From an uncultured Gemmatimonadales bacterium (GTDB lineage Bacteria; Gemmatimonadota; Gemmatimonadetes; Gemmatimonadales; GWC2-71-9), in NCBI GenBank assembly GCA_963705985.1, contig CAVPLK010000002.1, forward strand, positions 39,855-103,854: 64,000 nucleotides of DNA, in the 5' to 3' direction. How positions within the stretch are numbered: the stretch's first letter is position 1; each line of letters starts with the position of its first letter. Made by a program: the position numbers and the translations under genes. The notes beneath the pieces were generated by a model. That model was not told the DNA's origin. It saw nothing but the letters and a program-made list of their open reading frames with translations, and did not search any database. Shown here piece by piece: positions 49,008 through 58,556 of this stretch.

Positions 49008-50782
49008 CCATGACGATCAGATACCGAGCCACCGCACTCGCGCTGACCCTTGCCGCCCTGACCCTTGCCGGCGCCGGACGCGCCGCGGCCCAGGATGTCC
49101 TGGCGGCGATGGGGTCGCCGCCGAACCCCAAGGTGGCCGTCTCCTGGGACCGGTACTACGACCACGCCGCCATCGGCGACATCGGACGCCGGCTCCAGAA
49201 GGCGTATCCCGACCGCTGCCGCCTCGGCTCCATCGGCACCTCCCACGGGGGCCGCGAACTGTGGCTCCTCACGGTCACCAACTTCACGACCGGCAATCCT
49301 GACGACAAGCCGGGGATGTACATCGACGGCAACATCCACGCGAACGAGATCCAGGGCTCCGAAATCTCGCTCTACACCGCCTGGTATCTCTGCGAAATGG
49401 CCGACCGGGTCCCGTGGGTGGACTCGCTGCTCGACGCGCGGGTGTTCTACATCGTGCCGACCATCAACCCCGACGGGCGCGACGACTTCATCCACAACCC
49501 CAACAATCCCAGTTCGCCGAGGGCCGGCATCGTCCCCCGCGACAGCGACGGCGACGGGGTGGTGGACGAAGACGCCTACGACGACCTCGACGGCGACGGC
49601 AGCATCACCCAGATGCGCCGCCGCAACCCGAACGGGCGGTGGATCACCTCCCCCGTGGATTCGCGCATCATGATCCGCGCCGACGCCGACCAGCCGGGCG
49701 AGTACGAACTGCTCGGCGAGGAGGGCATCGACAACGACGGCGATGGCCTCGTGAACGAGGACGGGGTCGCGTTCTCCTACGACCCGAACCGCAACTGGCC
49801 CTGGAACTGGCAGCCGCGGTACGTCCAGGGCGGTGCCGACTACTACCCGGGCTCGCTGCCGGAGACCCGCGCCGTCATGCAGTTCATCATCGGCCATCCC
49901 AACATTGCGGGCGTGCAGACCTACCACAATTCCGGCGGGATGATCCTGCGGGGCCCCGGCGTGCAGAGTGACGAGTACCAGGCCGCGGACATCGCGGTCT
50001 ACGACGCCATCGGCAAGGTCGGCGAGACCATCCTGCCGGGGTATCGCTACATCGTCATCTGGAGCGGGCTCTACACCACGTGGGGCAACGAACTGGACTG
50101 GACCTACGCCGGCCGCGGGATCATCAGTTACAGCAACGAACTGTGGACCCCGTTCAAGTACTTCGAAAAGCAGCCGGAGCGGGACAAGTACGACCGGCCG
50201 GAATACCAGTTCGACCGCCTGGTGCTCATGAAGGAGGCGGTGGTCCCGTGGACGCCGTACAACCATCCCCAGTACGGCCTGATCGAGATTGGCGGAGTCA
50301 AGAAGCAGTACACCCGGGCCATTCCCGGCTTCCTGCTCCCCGCCGAGGCGCACCGGAACATGGCCTTCACGCTCTATCAGGCGAGCCAGATGCCGCTGGT
50401 CACCGTGGACTCGATTGCCACGAAGGCACTGGGCGGCGGATTGACGGAGGTGACGGCCATCGTCGCGAACAAGCGGCTCGCGCCGACGCATGTGCAGCAG
50501 GACATCAAGAACCACATCACGCGCCCCGACTGGGTGACGATCGAGGGGGGCGAGGTGGTCGCGGGCTTCGTGGTCGAGGACCCGCTGTCGGGCCGGGCGC
50601 GCGAGCAGGAGCGCAACCCGCGCCGGATCGAGGTGGACAACATCCCCGGCATGGGAACGGCGGTGGTGCGGTGGGTGGTTCGGGGAAAGGGACCCTTCAC
50701 GGTGACGGTGGATTCGGAGAAGGGCGGGATTGGACGGCAGGGCAGCGGGGCAGCAGGGCAGCGGGGCAGCGAATCTCACTGA
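49004..50782 (+). CDS. M14-family zinc carboxypeptidase
   Basis: 592 aa with a signal peptide and the HxxE motif in IDGNIHANEIQGSE. The start is ATG 49004 (ATGA overlap) or ATG 49010. The last about 15 codons and the stop lie in the (GGGGCAGC)n repeat. Confidence 0.82.
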   Translation: MTMTIRYRATALALTLAALTLAGAGRAAAQDVLAAMGSPPNPKVAVSWDRYYDHAAIGDIGRRLQKAYPDRCRLGSIGTSHGGRELWLLTVTNFTTGNPDDKPGMYIDGNIHANEIQGSEISLYTAWYLCEMADRVPWVDSLLDARVFYIVPTINPDGRDDFIHNPNNPSSPRAGIVPRDSDGDGVVDEDAYDDLDGDGSITQMRRRNPNGRWITSPVDSRIMIRADADQPGEYELLGEEGIDNDGDGLVNEDGVAFSYDPNRNWPWNWQPRYVQGGADYYPGSLPETRAVMQFIIGHPNIAGVQTYHNSGGMILRGPGVQSDEYQAADIAVYDAIGKVGETILPGYRYIVIWSGLYTTWGNELDWTYAGRGIISYSNELWTPFKYFEKQPERDKYDRPEYQFDRLVLMKEAVVPWTPYNHPQYGLIEIGGVKKQYTRAIPGFLLPAEAHRNMAFTLYQASQMPLVTVDSIATKALGGGLTEVTAIVANKRLAPTHVQQDIKNHITRPDWVTIEGGEVVAGFVVEDPLSGRAREQERNPRRIEVDNIPGMGTAVVRWVVRGKGPFTVTVDSEKGGIGRQGSGAAGQRGSESH

Positions 50783-50834
50783 ACGTCACCCCGGCGAAAG
50801 CAGGAGCGTCACCCCCGCGAAGGCCGGGGTCCAG
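50736..50834. repeat. Composite repeat: (GGGCAGC)n tract, a truncated hairpin module and a complete one
   Basis: 50736-50770 reads GGCAGGGCAGCGGGGCAGCAGGGCAGCGGGGCAGC. GTCACCCCGGCGAAAGC (truncated) is at 50785-50801, and GTCACCCCCGCGAAGGCCGGGGTCCAG is at 50808-50834. Confidence 0.85.
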
Positions 50835-50874
50835 GGCCAACGAAGCAATCTCACCACATCGAAAGGGAGCAATC

Positions 50875-51321
50875 ATGACTGGGTCACAGGCAGGCACGAC
50901 CGGCAAGATGCCCTGGCACTTCTGGGTGATCGGCGTCCTGGGGACGCTCTGGAACGCCTTCGGGTCCCTCGACTATTACATGACGGAAAGTCGCAACGAG
51001 GCGTGGTTGAGCGCGGCCCCGCCCGCCCAGCTGGAGTTCATCTATGCGGCGCCGAGCTGGGTGGTGGCGATGTGGGCCATCGGAGTCTGGGGTGGCCTGG
51101 TGGGATGCCTGCTCCTGCTGCTCCGGAAGGGGGCCGCCGTGCCGGTGCTCCTCGCCTCCCTGGTCGGCGCGACACTCCTCTTCGTCCACAACTTTCTCCT
51201 CTCCACCGGCCTCGAGGTCTCGGGCACGGGTGGGGCCGTCTTCGCCGTGTTCATCATCGCGGTCGCGTTCGGGCTGTGGTGGTACGCGCGGGGGTTGAAG
51301 CAGAAGGGGATGCTGGTCTAA
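50875..51321 (+). CDS. Hypothetical membrane protein (4 TM segments)
   Basis: GGGAG lies upstream of the ATG at 50875. 148 aa with hydrophobic segments and high GC3. The remainder of the 413-aa track ORF is read-through of the repeat and an antisense shadow. Confidence 0.65.
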   Translation: MTGSQAGTTGKMPWHFWVIGVLGTLWNAFGSLDYYMTESRNEAWLSAAPPAQLEFIYAAPSWVVAMWAIGVWGGLVGCLLLLLRKGAAVPVLLASLVGATLLFVHNFLLSTGLEVSGTGGAVFAVFIIAVAFGLWWYARGLKQKGMLV

Positions 51322-51438
51322 AGCGGGGAAGCGGACCGAAGATCGTTACCCCCGGCGAGGCGCGGCTGAAGCCGCGGCTCGGCTGATGTCGCTGAAGCGA
51401 CACGGGCAAGAGTCACCCCGGCGAAGGCCGGGGTCCAG
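51322..51438. repeat. Composite repeat: inverted copy of the double-hairpin unit plus GTCACCCCGGC gaag GCCGGGGTCCAG hairpin
   Basis: CGCGGC tgaa GCCGCG (51361-51376), GTCGC tgaa GCGAC (51388-51401), and a stem at 51416-51433. Confidence 0.85.
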
Positions 51439-51473
51439 TGCAGATGCATCGACCTCCCCTTGAGGAGTTTTTC

Positions 51474-53852
51474 ATGACTGATCGGTCCCGAGCCCTCCTG
51501 CTCGCCGCCTCGTTTGCGCTCACTCCGACCCTCGCGGCATCCGCGTCGGCGCAGGAGGTCCTGCCCTTTCCGCCGAAGCCCTCCGGCAGCACGGCCGGGA
51601 TCACGATGCAACAGTCACGGTACAGCCCGCTGCCGCCGGAGAACCACCTGCCGGCGGGCGCCCCGAACATCCTGATCATCCTGATCGACGATGTTGGGCC
51701 GGCCCAGAACGACACCTATGGCGGCGCGATTCACACGCCCACGCTGAGCAGGATCGCCGCCGAAGGGATTTCCTACAACCGGTTTCACACCACCGCCATG
51801 TGTTCCCCGACGCGGGCCGCGCTGTTGACCGGCCGCAACCAGCATCGGGTCCACAGCGGCCAGATCACCGAGCTGGCCAACGACTGGGACGGCTACATGG
51901 GGGTCATCCCGAAGTCGAGCGCCACGGTGGCCGAGGTGCTCAGGAACTACGGCTATCACACCGGCGCGTGGGGGAAGTGGCACAATTCGCCGGCCGAACA
52001 GACCACGCAGGCTGGCCCCTTCGACTACTGGCCCACCGGCTACGGCTTCGAATACTTCTACGGCTTCCTCGCGGGCGAGGCCTCGCAGTACGAGCCGATG
52101 ATGGTGCGCAACACCACCTACGTCGAGCATCCCCACACCTCCGGGGGACATGAATACTACCAGCTGAGCGAGGACCTGGCCGACGACGCCATCTCCTGGC
52201 TGCGGCAGCACAAGGCCCTCGCTCCCACCAAGCCCTTCTTCATGTACTGGGCCACCGGCGCGTCGCACGGCCCGCACCAGGTCCCCGCGGCCTGGGCCGA
52301 CAAGTACGCCGGCAAGTTCGACGACGGCTGGGACGCCTATCGGGCGCGCGCCTACGAAGGGGCCAAGCGGAAGGGGTGGATTCCGGCCAACGCCCAGCTG
52401 ACGCCGCGCCCGGCCACCCTCGCCTCGTGGGCCTCCATCCCCGAGAGCCAGAAGCCGTTTCAGCGCCGGCTCATGGAGGTGTTTGCCGGCTTCACGGAGC
52501 ATGCCGACGTCCAGGCGGGGCGGGTGGTGGACGAGATCGACCAGCTGGGCTACGGCGACAACACGCTGATCTTCTACATCTGGGGCGACAACGGCGCCTC
52601 GGCCGAGGGGCAGAACGGCACCATCAGCGAACTGCTCGCGCAGAACGGCATCCCGAGCACCACGGAGCAGCAGATCAAGGCCCTCGACGGTCTGGGCGGC
52701 CTGAGCGCGCTGGGCACGCCCAAGACCGACAACATGTACCACGCCGGCTGGGCCTGGGCGGGGAGCGCGCCATACAAGTACACCAAGCTGATCGCGTCCC
52801 ACTTCGGCGGCACCCGCAATCCGATGGCGGTGCGCTGGCCGGCGCGGATCCAGGCCGACCCGACACCCCGCGCGCAGTTCCTGCACGTCAACGATGTGGT
52901 GCCGACGATCTACGACCTTGTCGGCATCACGCCACCAAGGGTCGTCAACGGCATCCCGCAGGACCGGTTCGACGGCGTGAGCTTCGAGGCGAGCTTCGGC
53001 GACGCCACGGCCAGGGTCGGGAAGCCCACACAATACTTCGAGGTGATGGGCAGCCGGTCGATCTATCACGACGGATGGATCGCCTCGGCGTTCGGCCCGC
53101 GCTCGCCCTGGATTCCCGGATTGCCCCCGGGGATCGCGAACTGGGACCCCGAGAAGGACACCTGGGAGCTCTACAACCTCGACGACGACTGGTCGCAAGC
53201 GAACGACCTGGCGGCCAGGATGCCGGACAAGCTCCAGGAGATGAAGGACTTGTTCCTGGTCGAGTTCGCCCAGAATAGCGGGCTCCCCGTCGGCGGCGGG
53301 CTGTGGGTCATGGCGTTTCACCCTGAGCTGCGGCTGGTTCCGCCGTACACCTCGTGGACCTTCCCCGGCGCCATCACGCGGATGCCGGAGGTCGCCGCAC
53401 CGGCGTTGGGCAACAAGCCGAACACCGTCCGCATAACCGCCGATATCCCCCCCAATGCGAACGGCGTCCTCTACGCGCTGGGCGGTTTCTCGGGCGGCCT
53501 CGCGCTATATGTGCAGGATGGCGCGCTGTCCTACGAGTACAATCTCTTCGCAATGACCCGCACCCACATCCGGGGGGACGGCACGCTCCCCACCGGACGG
53601 GTCACGATCGAGGTGGTCACGTCGTATGTGGAACGGAAGCCGGCCGGACCGCTGCGGATCGTGCTGAGGGTCAACGGGCGGGAGGTCGGATCGGGCGTCG
53701 TCCCGGTCAGCGCTCCGCTGGCGTTCACCGCGAATGATGCCCTGGACTTCGGTATTGATCTCGGCTCGCCAGTCAGCATCGACTACTATGACCGGGCACC
53801 ATTCAAGTTCACTGGCACGATTGCCGGGGCGACGGTGGAGTATGCACGGTAG
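51474..53852 (+). CDS. Arylsulfatase (Cys-type, formylglycine-dependent)
   Basis: The sulfatase signature CSPTRAALLTGRN is present. The signal peptide MTDRSRALLLAASFALTPTLAASASAQ follows GAGGAG. About 790 aa uninterrupted. Confidence 0.9.
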   Translation: MTDRSRALLLAASFALTPTLAASASAQEVLPFPPKPSGSTAGITMQQSRYSPLPPENHLPAGAPNILIILIDDVGPAQNDTYGGAIHTPTLSRIAAEGISYNRFHTTAMCSPTRAALLTGRNQHRVHSGQITELANDWDGYMGVIPKSSATVAEVLRNYGYHTGAWGKWHNSPAEQTTQAGPFDYWPTGYGFEYFYGFLAGEASQYEPMMVRNTTYVEHPHTSGGHEYYQLSEDLADDAISWLRQHKALAPTKPFFMYWATGASHGPHQVPAAWADKYAGKFDDGWDAYRARAYEGAKRKGWIPANAQLTPRPATLASWASIPESQKPFQRRLMEVFAGFTEHADVQAGRVVDEIDQLGYGDNTLIFYIWGDNGASAEGQNGTISELLAQNGIPSTTEQQIKALDGLGGLSALGTPKTDNMYHAGWAWAGSAPYKYTKLIASHFGGTRNPMAVRWPARIQADPTPRAQFLHVNDVVPTIYDLVGITPPRVVNGIPQDRFDGVSFEASFGDATARVGKPTQYFEVMGSRSIYHDGWIASAFGPRSPWIPGLPPGIANWDPEKDTWELYNLDDDWSQANDLAARMPDKLQEMKDLFLVEFAQNSGLPVGGGLWVMAFHPELRLVPPYTSWTFPGAITRMPEVAAPALGNKPNTVRITADIPPNANGVLYALGGFSGGLALYVQDGALSYEYNLFAMTRTHIRGDGTLPTGRVTIEVVTSYVERKPAGPLRIVLRVNGREVGSGVVPVSAPLAFTANDALDFGIDLGSPVSIDYYDRAPFKFTGTIAGATVEYAR

Positions 53853-53941
53853 GGCGGCGGGGTGGCGGGGCGTGAGTCGCGGCGGAAGCCGCGCGATCTC
53901 ACCTCACCCCCTGTCCCCCTCTCCATGAGATGGAGAGGGGG
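53852..53941. repeat. Composite repeat: G-rich tract, CGCGGC ggaa GCCGCG hairpin, CCCCCTCTCCA-loop-TGGAGAGGGGG hairpin
   Basis: Stems at 53878-53893 and 53915-53941. Confidence 0.85.
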
Positions 53942-53983
53942 AACGCCGCACTTGGAACAGTCTATCATTCTGGAGAACTGTCT

Positions 53984-54337
53984 ATGCGCTACGTCGATGC
54001 CTATGTCATTCCCATTCCCAAGCGGAAGCTCAAGGCCTACTGGGCCATGGCGCGCGTGGGGAAGAAGACGTGGATGAAGCACGGCGCACTCGCCTACTAT
54101 GAGTGCGTCGGGGACGACCTGAAGGCGTCGTGGGGCCAGGGCTTCCCGAAGATGGCGAAGTTGAAACGCGGGGAGACGGTCGTCGTCGCCTTCGTGGTGT
54201 ACAAGTCGCGGGCCCATCGCGACCGGGTCAACGCGAAGGTGATGAAGGAGTTCGCCGCGGCAGAGGCCCCGATGGAGATGCCGTTCGACATCAAGCGGAT
54301 GGCGAACGGCGGGTTTACGGTGGTCGTGGGGACGTGA
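53984..54337 (+). CDS. DUF1428 family protein
   Basis: 117 aa: MRYVDAYVIPIPKRKLKAYW...KSRAHRDRVNAKVMKE. It is about 60-65 percent identical by eye to the paralog at 59524. Confidence 0.85.
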   Translation: MRYVDAYVIPIPKRKLKAYWAMARVGKKTWMKHGALAYYECVGDDLKASWGQGFPKMAKLKRGETVVVAFVVYKSRAHRDRVNAKVMKEFAAAEAPMEMPFDIKRMANGGFTVVVGT

Positions 54338-54360
54338 ACCACCGTCCGGAGCAGTCTCCC

Positions 54361-54906
54361 ATGGCGCTGAGCTCGACCATCTACAACTTCGACATCGAGC
54401 TCGCCGACGTGGACCGGGGCGTCTACGAGTCGCTGGCGCTGCGGGTGGCGCGCCACCCGTCGGAGACCACCGAGTACCTGCTCACCCGGGTGCTGGCCTA
54501 CTGCCTCGAGTTCGCCGAGGGGATCAGCTTCGGCAAGGGGTTGTCGGAGCCGGACGAGCCGGCGCTCACGGTGCGGGACCTGACCGGGGCGCTGGTGGCC
54601 TGGATCGAGGTGGGGGCCCCCGACGCTCGGCGGCTCCACAAGGCGAGCCGGGAGGCGCCCCGCGTCGCCATTTACACCCACAGGGATCCAGCGTTCCTGG
54701 TCCGGCAACTCGCGGGAGAACGCATCCATCGCGCCGAGGACATTGAACTGCATGCGGTGGACCGGGAGTTCCTGGCGGTGCTGTCCGGGAGACTGGAACG
54801 CCGGATGACCTTCGGGCTCTCGGTGAGTCACGGCCACCTCTACGTCACCCTCGACGGCGAGACGATCGCCGGCGCGGTGGAGCGGCACGGGCTGGGGGCG
54901 AGGTAG
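54361..54906 (+). CDS. yaeQ: YaeQ family protein
   Basis: The N-terminus MALSSTIYNFDIELADVDRGVYESLALRVARHPSETTEYLLTRVLAYCLE matches the YaeQ family pattern. Confidence 0.85.
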   Translation: MALSSTIYNFDIELADVDRGVYESLALRVARHPSETTEYLLTRVLAYCLEFAEGISFGKGLSEPDEPALTVRDLTGALVAWIEVGAPDARRLHKASREAPRVAIYTHRDPAFLVRQLAGERIHRAEDIELHAVDREFLAVLSGRLERRMTFGLSVSHGHLYVTLDGETIAGAVERHGLGAR

Positions 54907-54925
54907 ATCCGCTTCCCCGCCAGCC

Positions 54926-56116
54926 TCAGTTGTTCCAGTCGTCGCCCGGCATGATCCGCCGCATGAACTCGTCGAAGAGCGGCACCGTAAAGGCGGTGTC
55001 GCCGTGGGCCGGGCTGTAAATCATCCCCTTGGCAATCAGGGAACTGCGGATGGGGCCGAGCGCGGTCACTCGCCGCTCGAGGATGTCGGCGATGTCCCCC
55101 GACCGATGGGGACCCGCACCCAGTTCCGACATCGCGCGGAGGTAACGCTTTTCCGACGGGGTCAGCCGGTCGAACCGCACCCGGAAGAAGCTCTCGTCCA
55201 GCGCCGCCACCGCGGACCGGGACGCCCTGGCCACGTCGTCCGCGGTGATCGGCGACGCGTCTGCGACGTCCCAGGCATGCTTGCCCCATTCCTGCACGAA
55301 GTACGGATAGCCCCGGGTTTCCTTCGCGATGCGATCGAGCGCCTCCGGCGTCACCACCACCCCCTGCTCCAGCGCCGGCTTGGCGATCGCGCTCCTCGAG
55401 GCGGCCTCGGTGAGCGGCCCGACCTCGGGGAAATCGAACAGCCGCTCGGCGTATGACTTGGCCCGCCCCATCCGGCCGCGGAGCTGCGGCAGGCCCGCCC
55501 CGACCAGCACCACCGGGAGCCGGCGCTGCGCGGTCCGGTGCAGCGCCGTGATGAGGGCCTCGAGCTGTGTCTCGGGGACGTACTGCAGTTCATCCACAAA
55601 CATCGCCAGGGCGGTGTCCCCAGCCTGGGCGGCCTCGCCCGCCACCTCGAGAAGCGCCTGCAGGTCGTGCTCAAGGTCGCCGTTGTCGGCAAGGCCGGGT
55701 TCCGGCTCGAAATCGAAACCGACCTCGATGTCGGAAAATTTCAGCTTCAGCCCCTTGGCAAAACCAGCCAGGCCACGCAGCGCGCGCACCGCCAGGTCCC
55801 TGGCCTTGGCACTGTGCGACAGGCGCAGGAGACCCTGGCGCAGTTGCGGCGCCAGGATGGCGGGGAGCGAGCGATTTTCCGGCGCCTCCACCCGCAGGGT
55901 CTGGATGCCGGCGGCCTCGGCGTCGTCCCGCATCTGGTCGAGGAGGACGGTCTTCCCCACCCCCCGGAGCCCAACCATCAGGACGCTCTTGGTGGGCAGC
56001 CCGCGCCGCACCCGGGCGAGCGCGATCCGGACCGTCTCAAGCAGGTCATCCCGACCGGCAAGCTCGGGAGGCGGGGCTCCGGCGCCAGGAGCGAAGGGGT
56101 TGGAGACAGGATCCAT
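54926..56116 (-). CDS. AAA/STAND-like ATP-binding protein with C-terminal winged-helix region
   Basis: N-terminal NPFAPGAGAPPPELAGRDDLL, Walker A GLRGVGKTVLL, Walker B AMFVDELQYV, and a C-terminal LTPSEKRYLRAMSELG. Confidence 0.8.
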   Translation of the reverse strand: MDPVSNPFAPGAGAPPPELAGRDDLLETVRIALARVRRGLPTKSVLMVGLRGVGKTVLLDQMRDDAEAAGIQTLRVEAPENRSLPAILAPQLRQGLLRLSHSAKARDLAVRALRGLAGFAKGLKLKFSDIEVGFDFEPEPGLADNGDLEHDLQALLEVAGEAAQAGDTALAMFVDELQYVPETQLEALITALHRTAQRRLPVVLVGAGLPQLRGRMGRAKSYAERLFDFPEVGPLTEAASRSAIAKPALEQGVVVTPEALDRIAKETRGYPYFVQEWGKHAWDVADASPITADDVARASRSAVAALDESFFRVRFDRLTPSEKRYLRAMSELGAGPHRSGDIADILERRVTALGPIRSSLIAKGMIYSPAHGDTAFTVPLFDEFMRRIMPGDDWNN

Positions 56117-56121
56117 GCGCC

Positions 56122-56150
56122 ATTATAGTGAGTTTAGTCAGTTTATGCAA
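56122..56150 (-). promoter_or_regulatory. Near-consensus sigma70-type promoter placed for a leaderless transcript of the ATPase gene
   Basis: The minus strand reads TTGCAT (56150-56145), a 17-nt spacer, TATAAT (56127-56122), then GGCGC and the ATG (56116). It sits in a strikingly AT-rich patch of about 65 bp. Confidence 0.55.
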
Positions 56151-56167
56151 ATGTCATAATATCGCAA

Positions 56168-56177
56168 ATATCGATAT
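56168..56177. promoter_or_regulatory. Perfect 10-bp palindrome ATATCGATAT next to a direct ATATCG half-site (possible operator)
   Basis: TAATATCGCAAATATCGATATAAA lies immediately upstream of the -35 element. Confidence 0.35.
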
Positions 56178-56240
56178 AAACCTGCCCTCCAGGGCGGCCG
56201 TCCTCCTCTCTGCCCTCGGCCCACCTTTCCGCCGCAGACC

Positions 56241-57713
56241 CTACTCGGTCACCAGCACCGGCACCATGCGGGCATCGAAGGTCGAGTCGCCGAGTTCCCC
56301 CTGGCCGTTGCTCCCCCAGCAGTAGAGCACCTGTTTCGTGGTGATGCCGCAGGTGTGGTCCCACCCCGCCCGAACCGAGGCGAACGTGTGGCCCCCCGCC
56401 ACGGCGACCGGAGTGGTCCGCGGAGTGGTGCTGCCGTCCCCAAGGGCGCCTTCCCAGTTGTCCCCCCAGCAATAGCCGGCGCCGTCCACGGTCAGACCGC
56501 AGGTGTACTCGAGCCCGGCGCTGATCCCTGAAAACCGCAGCCCGCCCGCCGCTGCGACCGGGGTCGGCCGGATGGTCGTCGACCCGTCGCCGAGCTGGCC
56601 CTTCGCGTTCCCACCCCAGCAATAGGCGGCGCCCGTCCCGGTGAGTCCGCAGGTGAAGTTGAGGCCGGCACTGATGGCGGTGAAGCTCCGCCCCCCCGCC
56701 ACCGGCACGGGAGAGGTCGCGTCGAGGCCCGAGCCGTCGCCCAGCTGCCCGACCTGGTTGTTGCCCCAGCAGTGGGCGGCGCCGGCGGCAGTCAACCCGC
56801 AGGCGTGCCAGGCACCGGCGGTCACGGCGGTGAACGTCAGCCCTCCCGTCACCGGCGTGGGCGTCGAGCGATTGGTGGTCGTTCCGTCGCCGACCTGGCC
56901 GGCGCTGTTGTCACCCCAGCAGTACGCCGCCCCGGCCGTGGTCACCGCGCAGGTCAGGTGCATGTACCCGAGGCTCACGCCGGCGAAGCTCAGCCCCCCC
57001 GCGACGGGAGTCGGCAGGGCCCGGTCGGTCGTGGTGCCGTCACCCAGCTGGCCGCTGCTGTTGTAGCCCCAGCAGTAGAGGAGGGACGCGGTGGTGAGGC
57101 CGCAGGAGTGCAGCACCCCGGTGCTGATCCGTCCGAAGGTCAGGGTGCCCGAGACGATCCGGGCGTAGGGTTGTGCCATGGCAGTACCGTTGCCGAGTTG
57201 TCCGGCGGTGTTGTCGCCCCAGCAGTAGGCGGTCCCGGCGAGGGTGAGCCCGCAGCTATGGGACATCCCGCCGGGGCTGACACCGGCCATCGCGAGGGTG
57301 ACGGCAAAGGAAGAGCTGGAGGCGATCTGGAGCTGGTCGGCGTTGGCGGCGAGGGAGTAGCCGCGCCCCCGCACGGTCATGCGCAAATCGGAAAATGTGG
57401 CGACGCCCTTCACGGCCGAGACCGTCCTGGTGCCGGCGAGGGCGGTGCCGGACCCACCCGACCAGATCGAGAGCGAGACGGGATTGGTGGCGGTCGTCAC
57501 CGTCGCGCCCGATTCGTCGAGCACGGCGACGCGGACCGCGGGCGAGATCACGGTCCCGTCGGGACCGGTGGACGGCTGGACGGTGAACGCCAGCTTGCTT
57601 GGAACCCCGGTACCGTCGGGCCCGCTGCCGCCATTTCCGTCGCTGCAGGCGAGGACGACGGCGAGAAGTCCCGGAAACAGCCGGGACAGCTGGTGAAGCG
57701 TTGGTGCACGCAT
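56241..57713 (-). CDS. RCC1-repeat (beta-propeller) lipoprotein with N-terminal Ig-like domain
   Basis: Seven CWG-x-N-x-x-GQLGDG repeats. The N-terminal unit ends in GVATFSDLRM, like the Ig-like units at 44171-46009. The signal and lipobox MRAPTLHQLSRLFPGLLAVVLAC start at ATG 57713. Confidence 0.85.
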   Translation of the reverse strand: MRAPTLHQLSRLFPGLLAVVLACSDGNGGSGPDGTGVPSKLAFTVQPSTGPDGTVISPAVRVAVLDESGATVTTATNPVSLSIWSGGSGTALAGTRTVSAVKGVATFSDLRMTVRGRGYSLAANADQLQIASSSSFAVTLAMAGVSPGGMSHSCGLTLAGTAYCWGDNTAGQLGNGTAMAQPYARIVSGTLTFGRISTGVLHSCGLTTASLLYCWGYNSSGQLGDGTTTDRALPTPVAGGLSFAGVSLGYMHLTCAVTTAGAAYCWGDNSAGQVGDGTTTNRSTPTPVTGGLTFTAVTAGAWHACGLTAAGAAHCWGNNQVGQLGDGSGLDATSPVPVAGGRSFTAISAGLNFTCGLTGTGAAYCWGGNAKGQLGDGSTTIRPTPVAAAGGLRFSGISAGLEYTCGLTVDGAGYCWGDNWEGALGDGSTTPRTTPVAVAGGHTFASVRAGWDHTCGITTKQVLYCWGSNGQGELGDSTFDARMVPVLVTE

Positions 57714-57783
57714 GATCCCTCCCTGGTCGAGTGCCGGCCGCGGTCCGCAACGGCATGGCCACACGATCGGAAGGTGGCGTCAA

Positions 57784-57840
57784 GCGGGGGTCAAGCCGGA
57801 GTCCAGGTTTTCTGGTGCCGCCCTGCCCCCCTGCCCCGCC
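57784..57840. repeat. Degenerate hairpin module plus C-rich (GCTGCCCC-type) tract
   Basis: GCCGCCCTGCCCCCCTGCCCCGCC at 57818-57840. Confidence 0.65.
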
Positions 57841-58556
57841 TACATCAGCCCGAGCTTCCTGAGTCCTCCGGCGTCCACTCGGCGCGGGCCGCCGTCGAGG
57901 CCGTAGACCACGGCCTTGGCTTCTCCGATCAGTGACAGGTCGCTGCCTTCCAGCCGGAGTCCGGTGCCCTCAGGCAGGCCGACCACCGGCATGCCGGGGT
58001 TGGCGTGGGCGAACTCATTCAGCCGGTCCACCCGGGTCTCGCCGCCGTGGTCGCCGAGGCGGGCTTCGGTGTAGTGAGCGTTGATCTGGAAGGGGATCAG
58101 GCTCAGCGCCGACAGTCCTGGTGGTTCGACGATCGGCATGTCGTTGGTGGTACGGATGGTGGGACAGGCCACGTTGGAACCGGCGCTCCAGCCGATGTAG
58201 GGCATCCCGTTGCGTGCCGCGGCACGGATGGCGTCGAGCAGGCCGGTGTCGTACATCTGCGCGAGGAGCTGAAAGGTGTTGCCGCCCCCGACGGCGACCG
58301 CGTCCGAATCGGCCAGTGCGGCCACCGGATCGTCAGGCTCGTGGGCGCCCACCACCTCGTAACCGAGCGCGCCGAACACCTCGCGCACCGCCTCGGTGTA
58401 CTCGTCCCAGGGCTTGGTCACGCCGGCATACGGCACAAAGAGCACCCGGCACACCGAAGAGCCCAGGAAATCGTGGATGTGCGCCCGGGCCCAGGCGAGA
58501 TAGCCCTGACCGGGGAGCATGGAGTTGCTGAGCAGGAGAAGGCGGGGGTCGGGCAC
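57840..58556 (-). CDS. pepE: Peptidase S51, dipeptidase E-like
   Basis: PRLLLLSNSMLPGQGYLAWA... and GGNTFQLL, with the nucleophile context IGWSAGSN. GTG at 58556 is preceded by GAGGA (the track ORF starts at 58652). Confidence 0.8.
   Translation of the reverse strand: MPDPRLLLLSNSMLPGQGYLAWARAHIHDFLGSSVCRVLFVPYAGVTKPWDEYTEAVREVFGALGYEVVGAHEPDDPVAALADSDAVAVGGGNTFQLLAQMYDTGLLDAIRAAARNGMPYIGWSAGSNVACPTIRTTNDMPIVEPPGLSALSLIPFQINAHYTEARLGDHGGETRVDRLNEFAHANPGMPVVGLPEGTGLRLEGSDLSLIGEAKAVVYGLDGGPRRVDAGGLRKLGLM

Noticed and set aside
46743-50779. 736-aa and 611-aa minus-strand ORFs
   Set aside because: They are antisense shadows of the two M14 carboxypeptidase genes.
51615-53321. 568-aa minus-strand ORF
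   Set aside because: It is an antisense shadow of the sulfatase gene.
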